Assembly: GCF_006345805.1 (NCBI RefSeq)
Contig: NC_043013.1
Coordinates: forward strand, 25,606,001-25,670,000
Length of the DNA: 64,000 nt
Reading direction: 5' to 3'
Source of the DNA: Octopus sinensis
Taxonomy: Eukaryota
Shown: positions 41,657-55,260 of the stretch, piece after piece
Layout of the letters: the number at the start of each line of letters is the position of its first letter
Numbering within the stretch: the stretch's first letter is position 1
The notes under the pieces: generated by a model
Seen by the model: only the letters and a program-made list of their open reading frames with translations
Database searches by the model: none
What the model was told of the DNA's origin: nothing
Program-made: the position numbers and the translations under genes

Positions 41657-44600
41657 TAGTAATGTTATCATTAATTTTATATTCCAGTTTCGAGATCTGA
41701 CAGCTCTTCCTGTTTTGTTTGAACTTCACACTGTAATTTGTTCTGTCCCCAGTGCTGCTCCTTACTTAAATGACATCCAACAGGTGAGTTGTTGTGTGTC
41801 CCTGCACTTGATCTGAATTTTTTGGTATCATAAAAATAAACTGATGGGACCGGCTTGGTCCTGTTGTTTCCCTAAACAGACATTTACAAAACTAATCAAT
41901 CATTTAAAATACTTTTAAACTGAGAAAATATTTGTAAATACATAACTGTGTTATAAAATAAGAGCAAATAAATTTACTTGGATGAGCATCATCATCATCG
42001 TTTAACGTCCATCTTCCATGTATGCATGGGTAGGATGGTGGACAGGAGCTGGCCAAGTAGAAAAACTACCCAAGGTTACTCCATTTGTTTTGGCAGGAAT
42101 TTTACAGCTGGATGCCCTTTCTAACATCAACCACTCTGCAGAGTGGACTCAGTGCCTTTTATGTGGCACAAGCACATGCGAGGTTAGTTTTGGCATGATT
42201 TTTACAGCTGGATATCCTTCCAGAAGCCAACCATGTTACAGTGTGGACTGGATGCTTTTAACTTGGCACCAGCACTGGCAGGGTAACCAAGGAATTATAA
42301 GAGGGATTGGGCATTTGAGGGGGGAAACAAAATATAGTATTTCTAAGGAGAATTGTATGAATATGAGGCAACACTTGTAATTACTGCCGTTGTTGTTGTT
42401 GCCATCCAAGGAAAGTTGATGACACAGTTGTAGGAATTATAAAGTTTGAATCAGGATATTTTGGGGACATATATTTCTTAATTTGGTTTTTCAGTTAGTC
42501 ATGGAAAGTTCATGTCCCTGCTCTCTTAAAAAGGGTCAAATCAGGTTCAACAGTCAGTTTTCTTCTGTTATCTTTTTCCAGATCCAGAAAACTATCATAG
42601 ACACAGCCCTGTGTTACACACAACCAACACTTTCAGAGAATGAAGAAGGTAATTCAAAAGATCTCAAGTTCTGTGAATGAAGAATCCTAACTCACTCACG
42701 ATACAGAATGCTTTATAATTGGCATTTTCACTTGTTCAGTTTAAATAATCACTTCACACTGTCTGTCTGTTTGTCTGTCTGCTTGTCTGCCTGTCTGCTT
42801 GTCTGTCTGTCTATTTCTCTTTCTCTCTCTCTCTCATGCACAGTCACTCAAATTTGGATCTTTTTCTTCTGCTTCTCTCTTCCCTCTTCAGTCAACTGTC
42901 TGCTTGTTTGTCTCTTTCTCATCCCTCTCCTCTCTTTCCCCTTTTCATCTTCCCTGCTTTCTCTCTACCTTTCTCTCATGCTATCAGTCCTCCTCCTCCT
43001 CTATCATATTTGTTGAAATGGTCTGGAAATCCAGACATTTCGTTAACGAGCATCATTATCATACAAGCAAGATGACAATGATGCTGATGATGATTGTGTC
43101 ACAATTTGTGATGAATTTGTGTCAGTAAACAATAATGAATATTGAAGACACTGAAATCTATAATTGCAGGTCTTAGCCAGAGCCTGTGGACATTGATGAT
43201 CAAAGAATTACTGAAACACTCAATGACTTCACCCTATCGGTACCTCAGTGGTTTGCTGCTTCTCTCTGAACTCTTACCGTTGCCTTTACCAATACAAACA
43301 AAAGAGGTTTGTACTATATTATTTGTTTCCTATTAACTCTTTCGTTACCAACTCGGCTGAAACCACCTTTGGCTCTGAGTACAAATCTCTTGTTTTCCTA
43401 AGTTCTGAATTGAAATCTTCCACCAAACCTTAGTCACAATTTATGTTCCTAACACTAACTTTATGATAACTAAGTTATTTCACTAAATTATTTGTTATAT
43501 TTAAAGTAATTGAAAGAAATACAGAGCATCTCAAAATAAATACAGTAACGAAAGGGTTAATTCATTAATCTTTTTTTTTTTCCATATTGATCTACAGCTG
43601 TGGCTGTGTAATTAAGAAACTTGCTTTTCAATCACCTGGTTCTGGGTTCAGTTCCACTGCATGGTACCTTGGATTAGTGTCTCCTTCTATAGTTCTATGC
43701 AGACCAAAGCCTTGTGAGTGAATTTGGTTGATGGAAACTGGAAGAAGCCCATTGTATAAATGTATGTGTGAATTTGTGTCTCCTTGCATTGACCTCGTGT
43801 GAGAGATGTAAATGAATTTTACTGTCATAGAAGCAGTGTCATTCATTTCTAACATTCTGCAAAAAAAAAAAAAAAGAAAAATGTCTGGCTATGGGGGAGT
43901 ATTACTTTGCTATAAACAGGTGAGGATTGGTGACAATATTTATTTTTGTTAATTTATTTTATAGACATTATCTGATGAAGAACTGTCTTTAGTTGTTAAT
44001 AATCGGAAGCTGTGGAGTGCTCACCTTCATCCTGTTACACCACACATACACGAAGTAATCCAGTCTTTGTCAGGTAATATTACTAAACATTTTATTTTCT
44101 TCTAATACTCTTAAAAACTTACAGTTGGCTTGTTTCTCTTTTCTGTCTCAAATTGGTTCTTTATTTATCGTTTTAGATTTAACCATTGTTTTTTTCTTCT
44201 TCTTTTTTTTTTGTTTAAAGAAATTCTTAATTCAACTATAGACTTTGATTTTCAACCATTATAGAACTTCAGTTCTGGATTTTCCATAATTCCTTTTGAA
44301 AACTTTTTCAGTTTACATGCATGCATTAATACTCAGGAAAAGAAATCAACTGACTCACTTGCACATGACAAATACAACCTGTAAGAGGAACAGTAAAAAT
44401 ATGCAAGACTTTTCTCAAGTTTAAGATGTAACATTGTTTTCATAGGCACAGGAGTGGTTGTGTGGTAAGTAACTTACTTACCAACCACATAGTTCCGGGT
44501 TCAGTCCCACTGTGTGGCATTGTGGGCAAGTGTTTTTACTATAGCCTTGGGCTGATCAAAGCCTTGTTAGTGGATTTGGTAGACGGAAACTGAAAGAAGC

Positions 44601-47600
44601 CCATCGTATATGTATCGTATATGTATGTGTGTGTGTATGTGTGTGTCTGCAACATCACTTGACAACTGATGCTGGTGTGTTTATGTCCCTGTAACTTAGC
44701 AGTTCAGCAAAAGAGACCAACAGAATAAGTACTAAACATGTCTGCTACTTGTCAGTCGATCTCTTCCATCATGATCTAAACTAGTATTTGTACCAGCTAC
44801 GCAGCAATGAAGATTGTTGTTTATAATATAATTCAAATGGAAGGAAGGATCGTTTGTCTTGCCAATGCTGTCCCAAGTTGTTGTCGTCTGCTGACAGGTT
44901 TTGTGTGTGCTTCTTTTATTTGAAGTGTTTGTGTTTTATTTCCTATCATATTGATATGAACTCAAAGCTGCATATTTTGTGAGAAGAGATTGCTTTAATG
45001 TATCACCCCTGCTGCTCTGGTTTGGTTTATTTTATTTTACTGACCTTAGAAGGACGTGAGGCAAAGTTGATTTCATTGGTATTTGAACTTGGAATATAAA
45101 TGAATGAAATCGGACACTGTGTGACTGATGCTCAGCCAGTTTTGTTTCATAAACCTTTTGTAATATTTAATATTTCTTATTAAATGATCTAACACTTCTT
45201 ATTAAGATAATCACTTAAACCACAGGGCTAGGCTTTTCCCACAGCTTGACAACCAGTTTTACCCACAATTCACAATGTGTGTTGATGTTTACGTCTCTGT
45301 GACTTAGTGGTTCTGCAGGAGAGACTGATAAAATCAGTACCAGGCTTACAAAAATACTACTGGGGGTCGATTTATTGGACTAAGAATTCTTCAAAGTGGT
45401 GTTCCAGCATGGCCACAGTCTAATGACTGAAAGAAGTAAAATATAAAAGATGATCCTGCATTATCTCTTAGCTTTGAGATTTTGATGATGTAATGGTTTG
45501 TTTTTAAAACGACATTGTAAAGTAAAAGTGAGAGGCTGATTTGAACATAAAAAGATAGAATATTTGTGCTGGATGTGGCCAGTTTAAATGCTAAAAGCTT
45601 AATTCAGATTTCTCTTGTTTCATATTAATAGTTGAACTTTTGAATTCTATTATTCTAGTGAAGAATAATTTTCCTGAAGGTTTCTGGTTTTGGGCCTCAT
45701 GGAGGCAATGACCGAGACCTTTGGCTTTATGTTATGCTTGAGAAGACTCATCATGCCGAGCAAAATCACTGATGTGGCAGATACCAGTGTCATGCAAATG
45801 GCACCCATGGCGGTGACACGTAAAAGCACCCATTACACTCTCGGAGTAGTTGGCATTAGGAAACCATGCTAAATCAGACTGGAGTCTGATGTAGCCTCCC
45901 AGCTTTCCAGCCCTGGTTAAATCATCCAGCCCATGCCAGCATGGACAATGGACGTTAAATGGTGATGATGAAGTCCAAGACATTGCAATTATCTGTTTGT
46001 AGTTCAAGGTTCTGTTTCTCTGGTTTTTTTTTCTGAAACAATCAGGTCCTATTAGTCAGGCTTAAGTAATCCTGCTTGGGTAGTCTTGACTTTTGACTCT
46101 GTCTTCCAAACACTAAGGCCAACTAGTTATTATTGACTCTTTGACTCTTCATATCTAATAAAATAAACAAATGAAAAATAATCACCTTTCTGTTTAAAAG
46201 TTAATTTTGAAAAAGTAAAAAAAACAAAACCCCATTCAAAATGTCTCCATTTTCTTCTTCAGTCTCCAGTTGTATTCCACTTCAGCAAGCTTTACGTCGA
46301 GTCTGCTGGCAAATTGCAGATTTAGCTGCTCCATCTGCTTGTATAATAACAAAGTGAGTAAACTCTTTATATTAGTTAAGTGTTAGTATAACATTATTTT
46401 ACAGTTAGTGTCGTTACTATTTATTAACATGTACAGTATTAAATTATTTTCTGATTAGTTGTTAGTTGAAAAAGTATTTTTTGTTTTGCTCACTTTCCTC
46501 CTCTTTTAACATTTTTGTGTCCCTGTTATTGAGTTTGTTTACAAATTGAAGCAATTAGATGACATCCATCACTTCTTGGAGTGAATCTTTTCTGCTGAAT
46601 GTTCTTGTAAACCTTTCCATTATAAGATGAGAGTAGAGGTCAGTACTTGCATTGTGACTGTGTAGACTGAAGCAGGCCTTGTAGTGTTTTAACTGCTTTT
46701 AATATGACACTCATTAACAACCTGTGACCCATAGGAATTTCTAACTGGTGTGTTTAATGAAAAAGTACCTTGAATTAAGTTCTGTGGCCCACCTGATGAT
46801 GAATAGGAGTCTCTTGGGGGTCTGCTTCTCAAACAAGGTTGCCCACGTCTGATATAAGACATCTACTAGTCAAGCTGTCATCCCCTAAGAACATCATAGG
46901 AAAATTGGTTCATTTTCAGCAGGCAGAAAAATATATTTTATAAGGCAGAGGAGGAGGAAATATGAAGTTGTGGTGATCATGACCCCCCCACCCCCCCAAA
47001 AAAAACCCCGTTAGTGGCATAAGTTAAGTGAAATGAGGACCATGCCATCTTAGGAATCCTAACTTCTAAGACAATATGCTCTATATTAACTGTAGAATGG
47101 CCATGGATAGAAATCTTACAAAATGTTTCATTCAATCAGCTACTTGTCTATTTTAGCTCTACTGAAACAGAACTTACTAGGTTGGTCCAACAACTAAACC
47201 AAACCACTTAGAATTTATAGAATATGTATTTATCTTCAAATATCCATCTTAACTGAACGTCTTGTATTTATGTCATAAAAATGGAGGGTCATGGTGGTAG
47301 CATCCCCAGGTACCTCCTCCATAGTGTCTTGTTGGAAGCAACTGTTATTTCACTTTCTGGTTGCATTCCCAAGCATACCCTACTGAGACCGTGGATGTTA
47401 TGCAACCATCTCATTCCTAGTCTATTCCTAGGTTCCTTACTAGTTGTTGGGGTAGAGTCCTCAGGCACCTCTTCCATATGATCCCCTCAGAAGCAACTGT
47501 CATTAGACTTTCTATCTGGTTTTCTAAATGTGACTGCCTCAGACCATGGATATTATTAAAATCACCCCCATCCCCCCGGGATGGGGGTGATTTTAATAAA

Positions 47601-50600
47601 TGCCAGTAGCATGTAAAAACATCATCCAAATATGGCTGATGCCAGTGCCTGACTGGCCCCCGTGCCATTGGCATGTAAAAAGCACCCACTATACTCTCGG
47701 AGTGGTTGGCGTTAGGAAGAGCATCCAGCTGTAGAAACCACGCCAGATCAGATTGGAGCCTGGTGTGGCCTCCTGGCTTGCCAGTCCCCAGTCAAACCGT
47801 CCAACCCATACCAGCATGGAAAACAGACGTTAAATGATGATGATAATCATATTGTTGGTCTACTTTCAGTTCTCCTGCCAGATGGCTTGGCTTGAAGAAT
47901 CCTTCTTGCAATTCTTTCATAAGTTCCATTATATAAATTTTACTTTATTCTATCTTGAATTGTTTTAGAGCAGTGTCTTTTTGTTTTTGTTTACCCAGCA
48001 TGATGGCCTTCATAAATTGTTTTGTTTTTCTAGATGTGTCTACGAGATGTTGATTGATAATTTGACAGCATCTGGCAACAAGGAAAAAAGTGATGAGAAA
48101 AAAGATGGCGAGAAAGAAACACCAGAAGAAGAAGAAGACAAAAACAATTGTTTACAAGTCATCAAGATTTTGAGTCTCTTGGCCTATTTGTTATCTCATC
48201 CTTCTGTCAAAGCAGCCATCCTTTGCCAGCTTCGGTCAAGGTAACTTTGAGTAGAAATACTTTGGTCACTCTGTATTCCTTTTCTTTATTATGTCTTCAT
48301 AAATGGTTTTCAGTTATCAGTTAACTGAAGGGCATCCAGCTGTGGAGACCATGCCAAAACAGACAATAGAACATAGCATAGGCCCTCGTCTCGCCAGCTC
48401 TTGTCAAACCAGCCATCCCATACCAACATGGAGCGTGGATGTTAAATGGTGATGATGATGAATTGCAATGATGAATGTTAATTTATTCTGCTACCATGCA
48501 AGAGTTTACTCAATCGTCTCCATTGTAGTATATTTATTTCATCCATTTCTATTTGCTGAACTGTTAAGTTACATAAGATGAAAGAACACGGACATAAACA
48601 ACACCAGTTTTAGACCATAAACCTAAGCACAGACATGTACCTACATATTTATTAGTATTTGGGAGTCTCCACATATCTCAAGAAGCTTTGCAGCTGCACC
48701 TGGAAAGTACCTTTCCATGGCACAAGCGTGACCAAGGACTTTTCTTTCTATAGCAGGAATGGTTGTGTTGATAAGTCACATGGTCTTGGGTTCGGTCCCA
48801 CTGTGCAGCACCTTGGGCAAGTGTCTTCTGCTATAGCCCTGGGCCCAAAGCATTGTCAGTAGATTTAGTAGGGAAAAACTGAAAGAAGCTGGTTTATATC
48901 TTGTACTAATGTGTTCTTTAATAAGTTTTAATTTTTTGGAATATTAATTTTATCTTTAGAAGACCCAGCAACCAAAGTGAGATCCCAGCCATGCATGCCT
49001 GGCCCTGTTAAGAATATCATTGATGTATCGGGTGATATGATATGCTTGAGAAGACCAGTTGAGTCAAGTAAAACCAATGTTGTAGCTGTGGCCAGTGCTC
49101 CCTGAGTTGGCCTCACACCAGTGGCACACAAAAAGCACCCACTACACTTTGAGTGGTTGGCGTTATGAAGGGCATCCCACTGTAGAAACATTGCCATATC
49201 AGATTGGAGCTTGGTGCAGCTGCTTGCTCTCCAGACCGCAGTCAAACAATCCAACCCATGCCAGCACGGAAAATAGATGTTAAATGGCGATGATGATGAT
49301 GATGCAAACATTTATTTAATATCTATTTGCTTCCATTTCATTTGATTCCCAATTATCATTAAGGGCTTTATTTTGTTTGATGATAAAATACTTTGTATGT
49401 CATCTACGTACGTAGCTCTGAACGGGATTTGAAATTGAAACTTATTATAATAAAAAGTCTTATCGAGTTGACCACTGTTGTACTTTCTGTATCGTTTGCT
49501 GGAGGAAATCTGCTATTAATGGTCAACATGTTCAAATTTGGCCATAACATCATTGTCATTAACATAGCTTTATTCCCATAATTGTGGTCAACGATAGGAA
49601 AAAAGGCAATAATAAACCTTAACCCACCAGACCTTACTCAACAACGAATCCCCTATGTGGTTACATGACCAGCTAGAAATAGCAGCCAAATATCTATCAT
49701 GTCAAATCTTGCTGATCTTAAATATTTGAAGGACTCTTTAGATAATGTAGTCCTTGATGCACTGAGATACCTCCCCCACAAAAAAAAAAAAGAGAAAACA
49801 GTTAGTTTTGTGCTCCTAAAGCAACCTAAACAGAAAAGGCTAATTCAATATTTAATTTAAAAAAAGATGAATTTGCTCATAGTTGTGTTGTTAGTATAAC
49901 ATTTGAAAGAAAAGCTGTTACTTGGTCTCATGCACATATGTGCATGCATGCGGAGAGACAGAGAGATATACAGATGGACAGAGAGGGACACAGACAGAGA
50001 GGGACACGCCCACAGACAGACAGGGAGGGACACGCCCACAGACAGACAGGGAGGGACACGCCCACAGACAGACAGGGAGGGACACGCCCACAGACAGACA
50101 GGGAGGGACACGCCCACAGACAGACAGGGAGGGACACGCCCACAGACAGACAGGGAGGGACATGCCCACAGACACAGGGAGGGACATGCCCACAGACAGA
50201 CAGGGAGGGACATGCCCACAGACAGACAGGGAGGGACATGCCCACAGACAGACAGGGAGGGACATGCCCACAGACAGACAGGGAGGGACACGCACACATT
50301 CAGGGAGGGACACGCACACAGACAGGGAGGGACACACACACAGACAAGGAGGGACACACAGATAGAGAGAGACAGACGGGGAGAGGGAAGGAGAGAGAGA
50401 GAGCGAGAGCGAAATTCATTGTTGAGCTGCAAAAAATAAACTCCTTGAAATATATTTACAGTTCAAAGTTGGAAGACAAAAATCAGGATCTGCTCACCCT
50501 GCTTATACAACTTCTGAATTCTTCAACCACAGAGAAATCATCTCTACGGGTTCAGGAACAAGAACAAATATTGGTAAACTAGATATTTTCACAATTTCAT

Positions 50601-53600
50601 TTGCCTCTGTTTAATCCATTTGATTTTTTCATTCCATAAATCTGTGTTGCCACCTTTGTCATTTTTCTCCTCCTCCTACTCTTCTACATCATCATCTCCA
50701 ATTATGTCTTCTTTCATACTGCTGTCCATGTCATTGTTTCTTAACAGTTTATAACAATTAAGCTGTCAGCTTACCATTCTCACTGCATAGTCAAATGTAT
50801 TGGTGCCACGTAAAAGGTACCGTTGCTGGTGCCACGCAAAAAGCACCCAGTACACTCTGTAAAGTGTTTAGCATTAGGAACAGCATCCAGCCATAGATAC
50901 CATGCCAAAACAGATGACTGGAGCTCTCTGGCTTGCCAGCAGTTGTCAAACTGTGCAATCCGTATCAGCATGGAAAACAGATGCTAAATGATGATGATGA
51001 CGACTATGCTGTGTTGTGTTAAAATGGTATGTTTAGGTTGAGTCTGTTATGAGCCAAAGGACTCACAAAGCCGGAGCATAACCTGGTTTATAAAGCATAC
51101 AAATGAATAAGATTACAACATTATCCCCCTGGATGAGATGCCACTCCTTTGCAGGGTTAACTTCACAGCTATAGTTATGGCGAAGTAGGCTGGAACTGTG
51201 TAAAATGAAGTATATTACTCAACAACCCACTGCCCAGTCTGGGAATTGAAACCATGATCTTGGAATTACAGGTGCAACACACTGACCACTTGGCCATCTG
51301 CCCTCACTATGTTTTTGTCATGTAATTCTATGTGTTGTCTTGATCGATATTATCTTAATGTTTGTTTCATTCCTGTGCTTTCTTCCCCTTTTCATATTTT
51401 CCAGACCATTCTTCAAAACTTGTGTGACCCAGAAATAACTCTTGTTTCTCCAGATTCAGCTCTGTCTTTCCAAGAACAGGTATGGAAGCAAATTCTTATT
51501 ACTAATTCGTGTTTTGCTTTGACATCTAACATTGTGTATGTGTATGGTGGTTGTTGTAGTATGGCCCCAGATCAGCTCCAATTGGACAGAAATATTTCAG
51601 CCATAACTGTCCCTCTTTATTGGATATCCAGAACTACTTATTAATGTTTACTTCTTTTTTAAGATGAATGGGTGTAATTTGAGGGAGATTTGGTTGCTAT
51701 TTCTAGCAGATTGAATGACCAATTAGCAGCTCCCATGCTGGCTTGAGTGGGGTTGTAGAAATTTTGGGAGCAAGACCATTTGACAGACTCTTATTGAACA
51801 CAAAGAGAACTTCTAGCTGTCACCACCTGAAAACCATATCAGATGAAAAAAAATAGCCTTTTTAGATTATTATTATTATTATTATTATTATGCCAGTGCC
51901 GCCTGACTGGCTCCTGTGCTGGGAATATGTAAAACACCATTCGAGCATGGTCGATGCTAGTGCCACCTAACTGGCTTCCATGCTGGTGGCACATAAAAAG
52001 CACCCACTATACTCTCAGAGTGGTTGGCATTAGAAAGAGCTGTAGAAATCTTGCCAGATCAGATTGGAGCCTGGTGTAGCTTCCTCGCTTGCCAGTCCTC
52101 AGTCAAACCGTCCAACCCATGCCAGCATGGAAAGCAGGTGTTAAACGATGATGATGATGATTATTATTATTATTATTATTATTATTCAACATTGTCGTCA
52201 TTTAAGGTTTGCTTTCCATGCTGGCATGGGTTGGACAGTTTGACTGAGGACTGGTGAGCCAGAGGCTGCACCAGGCTCAATCTGATCAGGCAAAGTTTCT
52301 ACAGCTGGATGCCCTTCCTAACACCAACCACTCCGATAGTGTAGTGGGTGCTTTTACATGTCACCGGCATGAGTGCCAGTCAGGCAGTTCTGGCAATGAC
52401 CATGCTGAAAAGGTGTTTTTTACGTGCTATCTGCACAGGAGCCAGTCTGGCAACACTGGCAATGATCACAATCGAATGTTGTTTTTCATGTTTTACGTGC
52501 CACTGGCATGGAAGCTAATCTGTGGCCATGGCAATGATCACGCTTGGATGTGCTTTTAACGTTCCACTGATACGAGTGCCAATCAGGCGGTGCTGTCATC
52601 GGTCACGTCAGCTATTTTGATTTCACTTGCCTCAATAGGTCTTTGCAGGCAAAGTTTATTGTCCAATAAATGAGGGATTATTATTATGTTGTTGAAGTCG
52701 TGACTAATATTCTTTTTCTATTGGGTTGTGATGAATAATGTATTTGGTTTATATTTGATTTGTTGTATAATGTATTTGGTTTATATTTGATTTGTTGTAT
52801 AATTTTATTCAGTTATATTTGTTTTATGAGCCAACCTGTTCTGTAAGTTTCATGTTGGTAAGCAAAGCATCAAACTATTGATGACATTTCCTCAAGACTT
52901 GGCATATATGTTGACAAAAGCTAAATAAATAGTCACATAATTAAATTCTCCAGTGGCAGCAAAATCTTGCAGGAGAATGCAGTAAACTGTTGACCCATTT
53001 GGCTATTTTACTGTTTTTACATATTTTCTTGCCAATATTAGACAGTTTGATTCTCTTTATTCCTATCACAAATGTTTTTGTTTGTTTAATCCCGTTTGTT
53101 ACCATATTTCTGTTGAGATGCACTGTGTTTCTTTCAATTAATTTTAAATATAACAAAGAATTTAGTAAAATAACTTAGTTATGATTAAGCTTGTGTTAGG
53201 AACATAAATTGTGACTAAGGTTTTGTGGAAGATTTTAATTGAAAACTTATGAAAGCAAGACATTTGTACTACAGAGCCAGAGGCGGTTTCAACCAGGTTG
53301 GTATCAAAAGGGTTAAGCTGCTCACTCCCTGTGGAGCAGAGGCCATTGATGATTTTCCTCAACTCAGGGCTGAGTTTTTAAGTGTCTTTTTGGTTTTTGG
53401 TTTTTAAGTGTCTTTGATTCTTCTGCAACTTTTTTTCTTTTTACTAGGTAAGGGTGTTAGCCCTACTTAGAAACCTATTTTTACATCTGGGAAGAGGTGG
53501 CCCTTATTAGTCTGGCTTCTAACCATTGACCTGTCCAATACAGGAGGGTCTACTATGAACTTCTGCTCCACTGGCACAGTGTCCAAGGTCATTGAGGCAT

Positions 53601-54775
53601 GCAAGCCACTACATCACAAGGACTAGACCTTGTGGTGAATCTCAGTTATTTAGCAAGAAAACATTTGCATCTAAACCTATGAAATTTTAATATTTCTATC
53701 TTGTAACATCAATTTTCACAGTAATTTGTTTTTGTTATTGTGTTAATGGGAGGATCAGCTTGGCAGAGCAGAACCAAAGTATCCAAATGATACCAGGTTT
53801 GCTATTCTGAAGCAAACCTTTAACCTTTCAGCAGTTAATCCGACCAAATCCAACCAAAATAATCTGTTTTATCTTCAAACCAGCCAGATCTCGCCTCTCA
53901 CATTTACCCAACAATGTTATTCTAAAAATAAACAATTCTATCATTGAAATCTCAAAGCTTCAAGCTATAATGCATAACTAATTCATATCAATGGGGTTAA
54001 ATAAGGATTACATTGGATCAAGAAATCTGAATGCTTAAAGGGTTAAGACATGATTAACAGCCTTGAAAATATGAGAGTTATGTTAGTTTGTGTTTTACAC
54101 TGTGTGACTTCAATTTTTATTTCTGCCAGTGCTAAGGACATCATGTGTTTAATCTCTTTTTTTTTTTTCTTTTTTAGCTGTCAAATGCTCTTCCGGTTGG
54201 TGGTCAGTTGTCTCAAATTGCGTCTGGACTTCTGGAACATCTTAGCAATGCAGAAAACAGTTGCAGTACACATGTGTCCTGTTTACGGACACTCGGACTG
54301 TTGTGTGAACACGACTGGGGTTTCTATCATATAAAAAGGTATCTTTTTATTATATTCAACCATATATTTGTAATATGTGACTGTCTGTTTGAAATGTTTT
54401 TTTTTTATACTGTTGCATTGGTTGGAGGATTTGGTATATGTGTCTGTATGTGTAATATTTGTACATGCACAGTTAAATTTATAATGTACCATATTTTAAT
54501 GTGTATAAGGAACTCTTTCTTTGTCAAAAATTTGTTTAAGAAAATATGGGAATTTCTTATACATGGATAGTATTATAATCCCTTACAAAACCCTTTTTCC
54601 AAATTTTAAACCCCACCAAATTAGGGGATTCCTTATACACAAAGGTTCCTTATACATATTAAAATAGGGTACATTTCTACTCAGCATTCAGCTAATTAAT
54701 TGCTTTGTTGGTGCTTTAAGGAAATGTCAAGGCAATGAAACTATCTTAGGAGCTAATTACCTTTGACGCTCTTGT

Positions 54776-54838
<63 letters not shown>

Positions 54839-55217
54839 TGTTGCTTAGTTTTACCTGTGAGTTTCTTTTCTTTTGTAGCTGTTTGGAGAAACAAGACCAT
54901 GTATTCTACAAACTCCTCACACATTTACACAGCACATACAATAAAGACAGTGCTGACTTCCTCCAGTTCCTGTCTGCAGCTATTGAATTCTTGCGTCTTC
55001 TCTTAGCTGAAAACTCTGAGGAAGAGAGTGAATTTGTTCGTACCTACATACTCACAGTTCCCGAGTTGCGTAAGTTCATCAACTGGACAATACGAGATGA
55101 ATGCCATCCACTCTATGAACTGGAGAAACTTTTGGAGGTTGGTGCTATTTATTCTATCTTTCATATTCTTTGTCTGTTAATCAATCTACACGAGGAAATG
55201 CTATGAAGGAGTCTCCT

Positions 55218-55260
<43 letters not shown>

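Noticed and set aside
49857-50582. Six long overlapping ORFs of 120-210 aa
   Set aside because: Artefacts of the 26-bp minisatellite; only 50462-50573 is a real exon.
52735-52803. Exact 32-bp tandem duplication
   Set aside because: Ordinary slippage duplication in AT-rich intron with no further structure.
54339-54878. Possible U12-type intron (donor GTATCTTTT)
   Set aside because: One mismatch to GTATCCTTT, no TCCTTAAC branch point near the acceptor, and a normal polypyrimidine tract; read as U2.
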